DNA of 64,000 nt from the human T2T-CHM13v2.0 reference genome, Homo sapiens. The stretch lies in assembly GCF_009914755.1 (NCBI RefSeq), contig NC_060932.1; one strand, 5' to 3'. The notes beneath the pieces are model-generated. The model searched no databases and was not told the origin of the DNA. It was given only the letters and a program-made list of their open reading frames with translations. A program made the position numbers and the translations under genes. Below are positions 14,420-28,306 of the stretch, piece by piece; the first letter of the stretch is position 1, and each line of letters opens with the position of its first letter.

Positions 14420-14930
14420 TCTTCATAGGTATTAAATAATTAAATCCTAACAATAACCCTAAAATATAGGTACTATAACTTTTCCTACTTTATAGATGAG
14501 AAAAGTGAGACAAGAAAAGTTAAATAATTTGCCCAAGAAGTGGAAGAGCTAGAAAACAATAAAAGCTGTGTTTATTGAGCATGTAGTATACTCCAAGCTT
14601 TTTACTGATTATGTTCTTATAATGATGATGTGAGATCAATTACACTATTAATTCAATTTAATCCATTCCTGATGAAGTACATATTAGTGGTTAACCACTC
14701 CAGTAACTCTGATTGCTTTTCTATTTCATAGCCGAGTAATATTGGACATGCGTTACTTACTTCAGTAACTCAGTTTTTAAAATTTGTATATGAGAATAAC
14801 AATAATATACTGTAAATCATATACAGTCATTATGATAATTAAACATGATAATACGCAAAGTGCTTATAACACTTACTAGTGTGTAGTGAATACGTAATAA
14901 GTTTTAGCTGGTATTGTTATTAATATTAGC
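14420..14930. mobile_element. Two MIR remnants (about 14420-14560 minus, about 14690-14930 plus)
   Basis: ttatagatgagaaaagtgagaca...aataatttgcccaag; ctcagtttt...aaagtgcttataaca...aataagttttagc. Confidence 0.6.
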
Positions 14931-17900
14931 ATTCTTACAATTTTTAGAGTAGTTAATTCTGAAGATCAAATAACTAATAAATGTTGAAACTGCAATTCAA
15001 GCCCAAACAATTTAGGAGACTAAATTTAAGAGTCAAATATATAGATGGTATCTCAGTAGTTGGAATGTTATATATTTTGAAAAAATGACAGATTTTTTTG
15101 CAGACCTTTTCTTTAACATGGTATCTATATGGTGAAAAACTAACTTGAAAAACTGATACAAAACTGGATAATGGAAAACATTGAGCACCATGCAAAGACT
15201 GTGAGATTTAGGACTAATTTTCTCCATGAGCAAAAGAAGCATTAAAGACCTTTTTAACAGTGGTATGACTTTGGATATTAATGTAGTTCATTTTGGATTG
15301 ATGCTATTGATGAGCAGTAAAATGTTGAAAATTGAAATGCAGAAGAACACTCAAGAAGGTATAGAAATAGGCATATGGTAGGCATATAGATGTAGTAGGC
15401 TTGGCTTTAATGTGTCAAAAAAAAAAAAAAAAGTCCTGGGATAGGAATCCATGTCCGTCTCATCACAAAACCTGGACCCTTAAATACAATCACTACCACA
15501 CACGATATGGTACAAAGACAGAATTTGTGAGAGACAGTAAGATACGGTGTTGAATAGTATTGCGTTTGCAATATACTTTATAGTTCAAAAACTTGTTCTA
15601 TTTTCAAACTTGTTAAATAAATATGCCAATTAAAAATAGTTTGTAAAGCTCATTTGGGTAATACAGCCAGAAAGAGGAAATTACTAATTCAGTGAACACA
15701 TAGAATAACTGATGTAATTTTAAAATCCAAGCAAAGATGCCCATCAGTAACAAGAAATTTTCCAAACTAAGGAACACACTGAAAGTTTAAAATTTGTATT
15801 ATGAAATTCACTTACCTAGAAGTAGCTGTTGAATTTTTGAAGCCAGCTTGATTATCAGAGAAAATTACTTCAGTGTGAACATTTTTTTTAAAAAAAGGGA
15901 AGGGAAGTAAATATGAAGTAAAGAAAGGCCTGGAAATAAAGGAAGAAGAGAATTTTTGAGAGACTGAAGGAAGAGGAAGGAAGCCATTAATGAGTCATTA
16001 CTCTTTCAACAAAAACATAACTACATAGTTGGAGCTTAGTGATCAACTTGTGTTATATGGAATCATAACATTCCATGTTCCCACCAGTAAATATAATCAC
16101 CAAAAAAATAGGAAATGGTTATTTTGGATCAATCATCTCCAGAGTAAAACATACTTATTTTATAATCAGGTCCTGTTTTAGAAGTTGAGAAAACAGAAGT
16201 GAATACCAATGGATTACTGATCTATATTATATTATAATCAAATGAGGGAGAAGGAGTAGGGAATTAAATATCAGTAGTATTTTCAATCAGTACCTAGAGA
16301 GAGCTATGGGAGGAAGTAAACATCTTCTTTGTTAAAAGCAAAAATCACATCCTTTACTCTGTAATCTCTAGCATAGACTTTCTGTGTATGGTTGTTCAAT
16401 ATATACTTGCTGAATTTAATCAGATTAATGTGATTTAGAACATGGCAATATCAATAAACTAATGTCGGGATTCAAAATTGTGGCATTCATATCTCTGAGT
16501 AAACTCCAGAAAAGAGGATACAATTTGTGTTATGGGTATCTGGTTTATTTCTGAAATTTGAGATCACATTATTGACATAATATTTACTACATAGCCATAT
16601 AGGACTGTTTTTACCCTTTTTTCATCTCCTTGCTCTCTGTATATCACTTGGCAGAATGCAGCCCCAGGAGCAGTTTTCTATAACAACTTTCAATTCAATT
16701 CTACTTTATCAACAAAATATTTTGAGTTTCAAGGCAGAACTTTGTACTATACAGTCTAACAAATGATCTCCATTTTCAAGTTTATTGGCAACTTGTAACC
16801 ACTGACTCAGCATAACTATTCATCATCCTTTCTTATGAGTGAGCTTTCTGAATGCAGTTATCAGCATATGGCAGATTCTATATGACTGCTTCAAGGGCTT
16901 TTGTAGAGGTTTGAGCTGTTCCACATTTGTGTCTCTTCTCTGGATGCATACATTAACAAATGATGCAGTGAGCTTTCAAGGGCTGGGTTGGAATCACTTA
17001 TTGCTCCACATTTTTCATTTTACCAGAAGCTTAAATGTCAAAAGAAATGTTCTCCACCATATAATCAAATTTTATTAAGGTGAAACACTTTTCTGATGAT
17101 GAGTATATTCAAGTATATTCAAGAGGGATTCTTTCCTATTAAAACTATTTGAAAAAAATTACATCAGTTATTTATTTAGATTTTAAAAGATTCATAGCTT
17201 ATGTCTTTTTAGGGACATTGTTATTTTGGGTTATAAGTTTACGGCCAATTTGACATATTTCTGCGTTTATTTTATTTTAAAGTTCCTGAGAACATAGGTG
17301 ATAATTACAAAATTGTGGTACCACTAAAAGCAAATTAGAGAGAATGACCACCTTGGAAGATAAGTAGTATGTCAATAATATTAAATAAAGCAGATATTTA
17401 AAAATCTTTGAAAATACATTGTGCATTCAGTAAACAGTTGTTGTATAACACTACAATAGTAATTTATTATTTTCTCCTGTAGTATTTCATGCCTTCTATA
17501 AACTCTAATACTATCATCATGCTAAAGGCAGTTTTTATCATGCATGCAAATGTATATCATATATATGTAATATACAAACATGTATATATTGAACATAACA
17601 TTACTTTCAGATACCTACATTTAATAATCAAATTTGATTATAGGGAACAACTTTCTACTTTTCACTACTTTGCAATATAGGGAGATTATAGGAATGAACT
17701 TGGAACAAGATTTCTGGTTACAAATTAGAAACATTTAATTTCAGCTTTACAGTAAGTCAATAGCAAATAATTTTAATATGCATGAAAAGCTCTTAGTACT
17801 GCACAGGCGCTAGATTTATACTTCCCGAGGCGTGAAAGGAAATTGGTCCCTAAATGGATTGTTTAAATTTAAAGGGTTTTTGTTCCAACAAGGACATTAG

Positions 17901-18410
17901 CTTTTCAAATAAATAATATGGATTTTAACCCTTAGAGTGAAAGTTGAAAGTTAAATAGCTCTGAGCCTAATGAGCTCCTGTATGAGTGACCCAAATATAG
18001 AAAATGGTTTGGCAGATTCGGTAGCTTATGATTGTCTTTGCGACTAGATACTAAACCAGTTTACCAGTACATGATGGTCTTATCATATCTGTTTTCAGTA
18101 ACGGGTAAAGGATTTCAATGACCATTCAAATTTTTTTGATTTTGTTTTATTTTACAAAGAATTACTTTTGATGAAATAAAATATCAAGTAATCAGTCACG
18201 TATTTTAAACACCATGTCGTATACTAAAATACATATGTTCTCAAACATGTGGGTATACGCATGAAACATCTCCAAAAAGAAAACAAAACCCTTAGAGGAA
18301 CAGAATGTGGGAACTGGAGAAATGTTTCAAAACGATGTGTTACTGTCTATTCTCATTTAAATTCCAAATTATGTACACTCTGCACTCTTAAAAGAAATAA
18401 TTATAGTTTT

Positions 18411-18592
18411 ACTATATATTTTATCTACCCTTTTCCCATTGGCATACCTAGTATGCACTTTCTCTAAAATAATTTGAAACAAGTTTTCCTATTTAAATTT
18501 CTTCAGCGAGATTTGTTCTACTTCTATGTGTTAATTCTCTTGACAGTTCAATTATGTCAAATACAACTATCTAATACTAAAGATAATACCTT
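18411..18592 (+). repeat. Donor copy of a 182-bp local duplication
   Basis: Matches 19474-19655 except for 3 substitutions. Confidence 0.97.
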
Positions 18593-19425
18593 AGTCTTGT
18601 GGCATGGTACGTATGCTAAAATCTCAAGCTCTTTCACGCCCTTATGATATATATATTCCTTATGATAGCCCCTTTAGGGAATGAGTCATATCATTGCCTG
18701 TGAAATGCTTTAAAAATCTGAGGATAATAAAAAATAGGTTTTAATTGTGTAATTGACAACAGAAAGCAAATCACATTTTTAAAATCTAATGGTACCCATA
18801 CAAAATGAGGCTAGTGAAAATTTAAGTTAGAAAGCTCAGTTGTTTGGATTAGTCAAGACACATGTATAACAAATAGTAACATTTCCAAATTAAGGAACCT
18901 ATCCTGTCAACTATTTGCACCCCCAACGGAGAAAAATATTTACAGCGGTAATAAGAGAGTGAAGAAATGTTAGGAGAAAAACAGTTCTGTTTAGGAATAA
19001 TCGAAGCACAGCCTGGAATAGCTGTGCTCCTCATTTCATGTGATACTTTCAACTTTTGTCCATAAAACACTTTACTAGGTTTTGTTTTTATTTCCTACTT
19101 TACCTGTGCTTCACTAATTTATTTGTTATATGTTCTCAGATATGTATGTATCTTTGTAAAACACATGGTTTTATTTCACATGTATGATTCATGTAAGTGT
19201 ATTTGCTATTAACTCATTCACTCCCATTTTACCTAACATTGTATTAAATTCTGTCTATGTTGCTATACACAAACTAGTTATTTGTGTTGTGTTCAATAGT
19301 GTGTATATATCACATTTCATTTGTTCATTTCCCTAATGATGAACACATAGGTTGCTTTCAGCTCTTCGTTAGTATATGTTGGAAAGAATATTCCCATACA
19401 AGCTTTTGGACTAATGTGAGTTGGT

Positions 19426-19428
19426 ATA

Positions 19429-19472
<44 letters not shown>
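19426..19472. repeat. (TA)n microsatellite, continuing at 19662-19682 after the insertion
   Basis: Direct. Confidence 0.95.
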
Positions 19473-19473
<1 letters not shown>

Positions 19474-19475
<2 letters not shown>

Positions 19476-19655
19476 TATATATTTTATCTACCCTTTTCCC
19501 ATTGGCATACCTAGTATGCACTTTCTCTAAAACAATTTGAAACAAGTTTTCCTATTTAAATTTCTTCAGTGAGATTTGTTCTACTTCTATGTGTTAATTC
19601 TCTTGACAGTTCAATTATGTCAAATACAACTACCTAATACTAAAGATAATACCTT
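19474..19655 (+). repeat. Inserted copy of 18411-18592 inside the (TA)n tract
   Basis: 182 bp, 3 mismatches, followed by a 9-bp fold-back. Confidence 0.97.
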
Positions 19656-21614
19656 TATCTTTATATATATATATGTATATATGGAATATAGAGATTACAA
19701 TATATATGAATATTGAGTATATATATGTACTAGCATATTATTGTATTATATAATTTTCTAATTGTTACCAATTTGACGGTCCTAAAAAAAGAGTTTAAAT
19801 TTTTAAAATTTGCAATTATCTAGTACTAGCAATTAAACCCATCTCAGTTATGCTTTTCTTTCCGTGAATTGAATATCCAAGTCCTTTTTGTATTTCCCAA
19901 TTAGATATCAATATATTTCTTGCTGATTTGCAGAAATTCTTATAAATTCTAGATATCAGCATATGCACTATATAAAATAAACTTTATGTATTAAAACATC
20001 TCTAAAATGCATATGTATTTTACATGCATACAATTGGCCATAGATGTTCTTACAGATATCACTTTTATATCTAAGTAATATTAAATTGATGCTTTCAATA
20101 TTTGTAAATTAAACATTCTAAAGGATAATAAAAATGTTGTACCATAATTCATTTAATATACATTTTTAAATTTTTTGATGTTACATAAAACAATGATACT
20201 TCTAAAAGGTCAAATTCATGTTAAAGCTGATAAAATATAGTTTTACTTAATGGTTTTAGTTACTGAAAGTTTTTTTTCTAAAGTGTATCATTTGTCATTT
20301 AATTGACATTTTGTATCTTTGTTAACAAAAAATACTTAATTTCAAGGTAATAAAACCCGGGTTTCATTTTCTTTTATATGCTTTTGAAATCTTTTGGGAT
20401 TCTGTTGCAAATTCTAGATCATAGATATTTTCTCCTCCTACACTTTCTTCTGTTAGTCTTATAATTTCAAATATCTAATTTAGACAATCTCCTCTAATAA
20501 ATGCTATTCAATTTTATGGTGCAAAGTAAAAACATAGCTTTATATATTTTAATGAGCTGTTTGTACAGGGATATAGGCAATGAACCAATATTAACTGCAA
20601 CATATAATGAACAGTCCTTCCCATTGAATTATTATACCGCACTTACCATTTATAATAAAATGTGTTGCTAACCTCTACAGTCTCTTTCATAGATCTGTGT
20701 TTCAAATCTTATAAATCTATCTTAATGCTGTTTTCAAAACTACTCTACATTAGAATTTGATTGTGTAATTTTCCCCCTCACTTCTTTATTCCTAGACCTC
20801 AACTTAGTTACCAGTAGGAATCCATTTCCACAAAAGTTTTAGAACCTATTTATTTCATTTTACAAAATAAATTGTAGGAATTCAGATTGGGATTCCACTA
20901 AAATTATATTAAAAACTGTTGCCCCATCTGTCATAATATTTATCTCTCAATTTTGTCATATCTTCTTTAAATGTTTTTATATAGATGATCAGAATTGATA
21001 TTTTGCTGTCTTTTTAAAGGATACCTTATTTTATATTTTATTTTCTAGCTGTGCATTTATGATACAGAAAAAAAATTGTTATCTATTTTGCAAGTGTATC
21101 TCTCCAGCAAAATTTGCTTAATCTACTATTAGTATAAATAGATTATGTTTCATTCTCTTTGGCATTCCATATTAATAATTATATCATATAAGTTAAATAG
21201 TTGTATTTCTTCCTCTCTAATTCTTAGGCATCTTTTTTGGTATGTTATTTTAACTATAATATCCACAATAATGTTACATACCAAAAGTAAATATATTGTA
21301 TTTTATTGTTTTTTTTCCTTCACCCAAATAAGGAAACACATGTGAACTTCCTTCATTAAGTATAATATTTACTGTAAATTTTTCATAGCTAGTTCATTAC
21401 ATAGAAAAGTTTGCTTGTGATTTCTAGTTCTCATTTTCTAGAAACAAGTAGATAATGAATACTTGCAGATTTTTTGAGGTATAATAAAATTGTTTTGTTA
21501 GTAAATATGATGAATCACATTGTTAAAATTTTTAATGTTATTCTTGGTAAATATAGCATACATACAAGTAAATGTATATAGCCCATATTTAATATTTAAA
21601 AATAACAAAACAAA

Positions 21615-23400
21615 GGAGGTCCTGCTTCCAATAATAGCATAGTAGATTTTATTAAACAAACTCTCTTATAGGTAAAATATGAACTATAAGCCTAACATAC
21701 AATAAAAATTGACAATGGAAAGAAAACAAAGACCAGAAACTAAAGAGTACTAGATCCTTGAAAGAAGAGAATGGAGAGAGATCTGTATTTTCAATCAGCA
21801 CAAATTCCAGTTCACTAAATATAAGATAGCTAGGATTTAAACAAAAATTTGCAACCTTTTTGGCTTGAATAGTTAAAGAATAAAGTTTGCATTTATAAGA
21901 TTGAGAGGAAACAGAAAGATAACCCAGATATAGAGAGTGAGCCCTAAATCTACATACAAACTTCACTCAAATCTTTGTTTTTCTCTTCATTTGGTATTTG
22001 CAAGGGACCCACTGATAAGCAACAGCTGGAAGGCTGAAAGAGCAGCAGTAGAGATTTCAGCACCTGCCAACCAACCAGATTTCTCAGTCTGAAGAACACA
22101 GAAAAGAATGATAGTAAACACACAAATCCAGTGATTTATGAAACAATCTGAAGCAGTCTAACATTTATCTGATTAGCATCCCAGAAAGAAATGAGAACTA
22201 GAGTGGGGAAAAGCCATTCCTTAATAAGTAATGACAAACACTTCTGATATTTGAGGAAAATTATAAAATTACAGATCCAAGTATACAAATAATAGAAAGA
22301 TAATGACACCTAAGTACAACAGTCATACAGCTGATAACCAAGGATAAAATGAAAATCTTGAAAGCTGCCAGAGAAAATGACACATCACATAAAGGGAAAC
22401 ATCTATATTTCTGTAGCTAACTTCCCATTAAAAATAATGAAGAGCTGGCCTCCATGAATCACCCTTGTAATTCCAATGTTTTGGGAGGCCAAGGCAGGAA
22501 GGTCACTTGAGGCCAAGAGTTCGAGACCAGCCTGGGCAACATAGTAAGATCCCATCTCCATGAAAAAAATTAAAAATTAGCTAGGCATGGTGGTGTGCCT
22601 GTAGTCCTAGCTATTTGAGAGGCTGGGGGCAAAGGATTGCTTGGGCCCAGGAGTTTGAGGATGCAGTGAGCTATGATTTTGCCACTGCAGTCCAGCATGG
22701 ATGACAAAGCGAGACCCTGTCTCTAAAAAAATTTTTTTAATTAAAAATGGAGACTGGAAGACAATGGAATAGCATTAAGTTTTGAATCTCTGAAAAATTC
22801 ATGTGAACCCAAAATTGTACATAACAAAATATATTTCAAAAATAAAGGTTAAAAATTTAATATTACAAAATGAAAGAATTTGTTGTCAGGAAACTTGAAC
22901 TTCAAAAATGCTGAAGAAAGCCATTCTGGATAAAGATAAATGATATTAGAATAAAATTTATATCTACAGAATACAAGGAGAAATGTCAGAAAGGATAAAT
23001 CTGGGGAAAATGTAAATATTATATATATATAGTTTCTTAATTTTGTTCAAAGCAAAACTTTTTGTGCAATAATGTGAAATTTATTATGAATGTAGATATA
23101 ATATGTGGGACAACAATAGTACAAAATATGAATGCAAATAAAATAGTATTGTTTCAAAGTTGTAACATTTTATATAAAGTCATTCAATTTTAACTCTAAA
23201 TAAACTGTGAAAAATTAAAGATAACTTTATCATAATAATCATTAATGTAATAATGCAAAAACACAAGTCTTGGCAGATTCAATATGACTGTTAGACCCAA
23301 TACTTTCTTGAAAATACAAACTTTATATGTAAAAACACAGAAGTATTGAAAGTAAAAGGATGGAAACATATGCACCATGCAAGAATTAAGCATAAGAACA
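21615..23400 (+). mobile_element. Ancient L1M 5' region/ORF1/inter-ORF fragment
   Basis: gaaaatcttgaaagctgccagagaaa, cacataaagggaaac, gaaagtaaaaggatggaaa. Confidence 0.7.
22447..22732 (+). mobile_element. AluJ
   Basis: ggtcacttgaggccaagagttcgagaccagcctgggcaacatag; ggattgcttgggcccaggag. Confidence 0.93.
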
Positions 23401-24171
23401 CTTCAGGGGCCTTATTCTTTCAATTTGTCATTCCTTCTGACTCTTCTTGCTTTTCTCTCTTCTTGTGCTCTATTTTTTCTGGTCATTTTGCCTTTCTTCC
23501 TGAAAAATTCAGAGCAGAGATACTAGATTAAATCACGTATGGCATGAGGCTATGTGTCTAGGCTGAGGCTGGGAGAGTGACCAGTAACTCAGCATGAGTT
23601 TTCAAAGGGCGAGCAGGGTGAGGAAGATCTCTACAGGAGTGGGCAACTCTAAGCAGGCACATGCTGGAGCAGGCTGAGTCGGATACTCATGTGGAGTGGT
23701 GGCAAACATCCCGTAACAAGTTTCTGATGCCAAACAAAGCAAGGATGTTTTCCAAATACTAGTGGTAGGTCACAGCAAGAACATGACTTATTATCTTCAA
23801 GTATTACCAAAAATTAAAAAAAAAAACATATGAACGGAACACACAAAAGAAGGGCACATATCTCAGTAGTTAGTAAGAAAATAGAGATAACATTTTTCAT
23901 AACTACAGAATGATGACAAAGAATAAAATGACAGTGCCAAGATGGAGGCTCCGATAATCATTTTTCTAAATTTACAGTTTTGTACGATCCTGGAAATCTC
24001 TTCAGTAATCAGATTTTTACATTGTTCATTTTTTAACTGTTTAAAGAAAAATTTCTGAAGTAAGTTTACTAACAACCAATCCCTCCACTGCATAGAGGAC
24101 ATCAAGAGATCATCACCATGCCAACCACCAGGAATACGAGTGCAAACTTCTGCTCACTGCATGCCGGGATG

Positions 24172-24670
24172 CAATGTTACCAATGCCTGAGTCCAGTGAG
24201 GCAGAAAACACTCCCATGCAAAAATTATATGAAATGGGTTTATTACTTATATAAAGGCAGCAAAGGACAAAAGAAGCCTAGGATCTATGGTGAGCCAGTC
24301 CCCCAGGGCTCAAGAAAGCTGCCCTGGGCAAATGGAGGCTTGACTGTGGCTGTCCTATTTGTAGCACAGCTGAGGGACCGCAAAAGGCAACCTGCCCTGC
24401 GTTACAGATCTCAAGCACAATGTGAATTACTGGGCAAAGCTTTCAAGGATATCCTGCTTCTAGGGGTAGGAAGAACAAACCCCAGGCGGTCCTGGGCAGT
24501 TTGTCCCAAACTTGTGATATTATATTCTGTAGGAGGGAGAGCAAAAGGTCTCAGGCTGTTTTAGGCAATTCCTTCCTATCTTAGGATAGATAATTCCCAG
24601 CACATTTATACATATTCTTGAGAACTCCAAGGAAGAAAAAGGAGAGAAATGAGTCGATCCAAAGCCACTG
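24172..24670. mobile_element. Probable old ERV solo LTR (family not assigned)
   Basis: GC-richer block starting tgttaccaatgcc with gggtttattactta and ttatattctg motifs typical of reverse-strand LTRs. Confidence 0.45.
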
Positions 24671-25449
24671 AAAGAACTGGTCTGCAAAAGTGTTTTCTCT
24701 ATTTTCCTGAAGCCCAATATTTTGTTTATTTAACTAATATCGTTTCTCTAGTTCTCAGCCAAACTTCAAAGTTTTGTGTGGCAGTAGAGAAATTAACTTC
24801 ATATGACCATATGCATAAGGTTCACTTTTTGTTCACCTGCATATCTATCCATTATCCACACAGCAAGTCAATATACATTTATGAAGTACTTACTCTAAAT
24901 AAGTCACCATGATAGGTAACAAGAAATACAAATATTACAGTTATTTTCCCTTGAAATACCAACTGTGGGAATATCCAGAATATCAATGATAAATATAATT
25001 TCTTTTTGGCTGTGGATCTCCCATCAGTACTGCCTGATGACACGGGATCCTTAAAATTAAATTAAAAGTTAAAGACATTACTCTCATTTGGTTATCTGCT
25101 GCTTTTGCGGTTGCCGTCCTTAGTCGCTTTATAACAAATAATTGCTTATATCTGGTATCATCGATTTCATTCTTTCCATTCTCTCACTCGAATCAGGCAT
25201 TCAGCTTTATCAATCTATTGGAAGATCTCTGTGAATGTTGCAAAGATGCTAACATGTTGTTATGTCCCTATAATTAGCTTTCATCTTATGAACCCTAGAA
25301 GCAACTTGTGACATTGCTGTCATGTGACTTCCATGACACTATTCCCTCTTGATTATTCTTCTATGAGGGTCTCCTTTTCAGTGCAAATATATAGAGAGAT
25401 ATATAAAACAAGAGTCCATATATATATATTTGTTTTTCGTTTTGTATTG

Positions 25450-26532
25450 TTTTTGCTAGATCCTTCTCATCCCCATATTTTCTATATGTGGAGCACATAC
25501 TTCAGATATCTTTTCTTCCTGGATGATTTCATTAAGTACCACAGCGTTAAACAATATCTAAAATTATAATCTATAAATTTACATTTCCGGCTCAGACATC
25601 TCACATGAGCTTCTAGCTTTTATTAGTCAGTTGCCTTTTCAACATCACTATTTAGATATAAGCATTTCAAATGTAATATGTCCTAAACAACTCCTAGATT
25701 TCAGTCCTGCAACCTCAGATTCATTCTTAATTCCTCTCCTTTTCTTATCTCCACATTCAATATTAGTATACCCTGTTAGGTCTACCTTCAAAATATATCC
25801 TATAACTACCTCTTCCCACTACTACTACACCAATTACCCTGGCTCTTTCCTCTGCAATGAGCTTTTGAAATGGCCTCAGTGCATTCCCCTTGTCCTGTAA
25901 CAGTCTATTAACAAGAAAGAAAACAGCAACATTTTTAAAGACATAAATAATAACCTTCTCCTGTTCACCATCTTTTAATGGTTCCCCATGTCTTTCACTC
26001 AAAGAATATAGGAAACATCTTTATTTGGATTACAAGAGTCCATGCTTTCTGTCTCTCAAATACTTTCCTAACTTCATCTATTACTACTGTCCCCCAGCTT
26101 CCACTGGACTTCATGGAGTCACTCAAATATGTTAAGCATTCTCCTTCATCAGGGTTCTCTCTCTTTGTAGATGCTCTTCTCCATATTTTCATTTTCCTCC
26201 AGGTCTTTGCTCAAAAGCCAGCTGACCAGTGAGACTATCCTTGGTCACCCTAAATAAAGTAGCACATTCCAAAATTTCAATTCTTGTCCAAGCCCTCTCT
26301 TTCCTCCATATTCTGATTTTTATTTTGTTTTGTTTCAGGCTCATAATACATATCACCACCTGACATCTATATCTGTATATATTTATTTGCCTCATATTTG
26401 CCCCATCCCCAATAGAATATAATTTCAATGTCCCTTTTTACTTTTATTTTTGTTCACTGCTTTAATTTTATTTCCTTGAACATTTCCTGCCACATAATGA
26501 ATACCCAATAAATATTTAATAAATGAATGAAA
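25450..26532 (+). mobile_element. L2 3' portion
   Basis: Pyrimidine-rich L2 body ending ttttgttcactgc...caataaatatttaataaatgaatgaa. Confidence 0.85.
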
Positions 26533-27049
26533 AAAAAATTAGTACTAACATTGGTGCTTCCTATTTCTACATTTGTCTCCATAATTGCTTGTCATTGTAA
26601 CTACTTCCTTGGCCATTTTTTTACCTCTGCCTCCTATGATCCCACATAATGTTGCCACTTTCTTCTAAATCAATCTGCCTCTTGAAGCAAGGAACAGAAT
26701 GTTCTGGAAGGATATTAGAACAACCTCTCTAGAGAGACTCTAGAAAAAAAAAATTAACCGAGTGACCCTACCCAGTACCAGCTTCAAATATGTTCATTGC
26801 ATTTGATGTGGAGGACTGGCTTTTTAATATTGGTAATGATAAATTTTTTGGTTTCCCATTTCTCCCTCAAGTCCTTGGGGGTACCTTCAAACTATGCCAT
26901 TCTTAATGGGTAGTAACTTGATATTATTGAACTCCCAGAGTGGGCATTACAGCCAAGTATCCCATGTGGAATTACACTGAATAAATCAAGGTACTTTTCC
27001 TAAAGAGGTAACTAAGATAACATAATGAAGCGAGATATGTGATAGTAGA

Positions 27050-27355
27050 TATTAATAAGATGCATTGGCAGTGCAGAAGAGACAGTAGTTAATTCTGGGT
27101 GTGGAGGCTGGATAGTTCTCATAGCAGTAGAAACTTTTGAACTTAACCTTAAAATAGGCATGATTTTTTTATAGGTGAAAATAAGGAAGAAACATCCCCA
27201 GGCTATGAAAACAACATGAGTAAAGACAAAGAGGAATGAAGTATTGATGTGGTTGAGAAATACTGAATGATTCAAGGTGATTAGACCGTAGGGTGCATGA
27301 GACAAGTTGAGGCTGATAAAGTAGGCTGAAAATTCAATTAAAAAGGTCAAATGGG
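27050..27355 (-). mobile_element. L2 fragment
   Basis: ttttgaacttaaccttaaaa, acaacatgagtaaagacaaagag, purine-rich. Confidence 0.5.
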
Positions 27356-28081
27356 AAATACAGACTAATAAGAAACACACAAAACTTTGTATTTCATATA
27401 AATGGGAACAAGTGAGTAGACATTTCCTTTACAAAAATAACTTCATGTGAGAGTTACTGGTGAATTTTGATACCTTCAAATGATACTTGTTTTTCTTTAG
27501 GTTATTTTCTCTTGGATTACCAAATCCTATTGTGTAACTGCTTGCTTGCTGCTGCTTTACTCCTTATTACCCTATTTTATCTTGCCTTTCAGTTTCATAT
27601 TTATTATATGAAGGGTTTTGGAATCTCACTACTGTCTACCTAGCACTGACCACTGTTTTTCAGCTCTCTTTCTACCACCTCCCCCGACTTTGACAAGAGT
27701 TATCCCTATTTTAGACACTAAACAGATAACAAACCAAGGAATTGGCACATTATTTTATAAACATATTTATTTTATAAAACAGACAAATATACAATCTTTC
27801 CAGGGTTGAATTATTAATTCCTTAAATCTATAACATGTGAGTGTTCTGCTTCACACCTGACAACTCTGAGTGTTATAATGCAAGCGGTGCACTATTGTTA
27901 GAAAAGATAATTTCGTTTAGAAATCACACTCACTAGCCAAATATTCCAAAAATTTGGAGAGTATTTAAATTCATGAGCTAAAGGTAAAAACAGTTGGAAT
28001 AAACTTGGTCTTTTATTGTAGCAGAGCTTCATTCCTGTAGCGCATGTTGGCTACTTCATCCCATAGGATTAAAAGGCTTTG

Positions 28082-28306
28082 CATCTCAGGGATGAAGCCA
28101 ACTTGATCGTGGTGGATAAGCTTTTTAAAGTGCTGCTGGATTCGGCTTGCCAGTGGGATTGGGGGAGGGGGGATAGCATTAAGAGAAATACCTAATATAA
28201 ATGACTAGTTAATGGGTGCAGCACACCAACATGGCACATGTATACATATGTAACAAACCTGCACGTTGTGCACATGTACCCTAGAACTTAAAGTATAATA
28301 ATTTAA
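28082..28306 (+). mobile_element. Twin-primed L1PA: 73-bp inverted ORF2 piece plus about 150-bp 3' end
   Basis: 28082-28154 is antisense ORF2 (cagggatgaagcc...tgctgctggattcgg); 28155-28306 is the L1PA 3'UTR; TSD aaaaggct(t/c)tg at 28071-28081 and 28307-28317 in a tt/aaaa site. Confidence 0.92.

Larger units (their letters stand above)
19100..21545 (-). mobile_element. Highly diverged L1ME-type fragments
   Basis: gatgaacacataggttgctttcag, tttcttgctgatttgcagaaattctt, atgatgaatcacattg; T-rich. Confidence 0.55.

Noticed and set aside
23977-24065. Possible exon between tttacag and gtaagt, plus isolated strong donor motifs near 15815 (minus) and 55866 (plus)
   Set aside because: No convincing coding frame or partner exons; such motifs arise by chance and need transcript data.
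24118-24564. 148-aa ATG-initiated ORF
   Set aside because: Runs mostly through a probable old LTR; no recognisable domain or supported exon structure.
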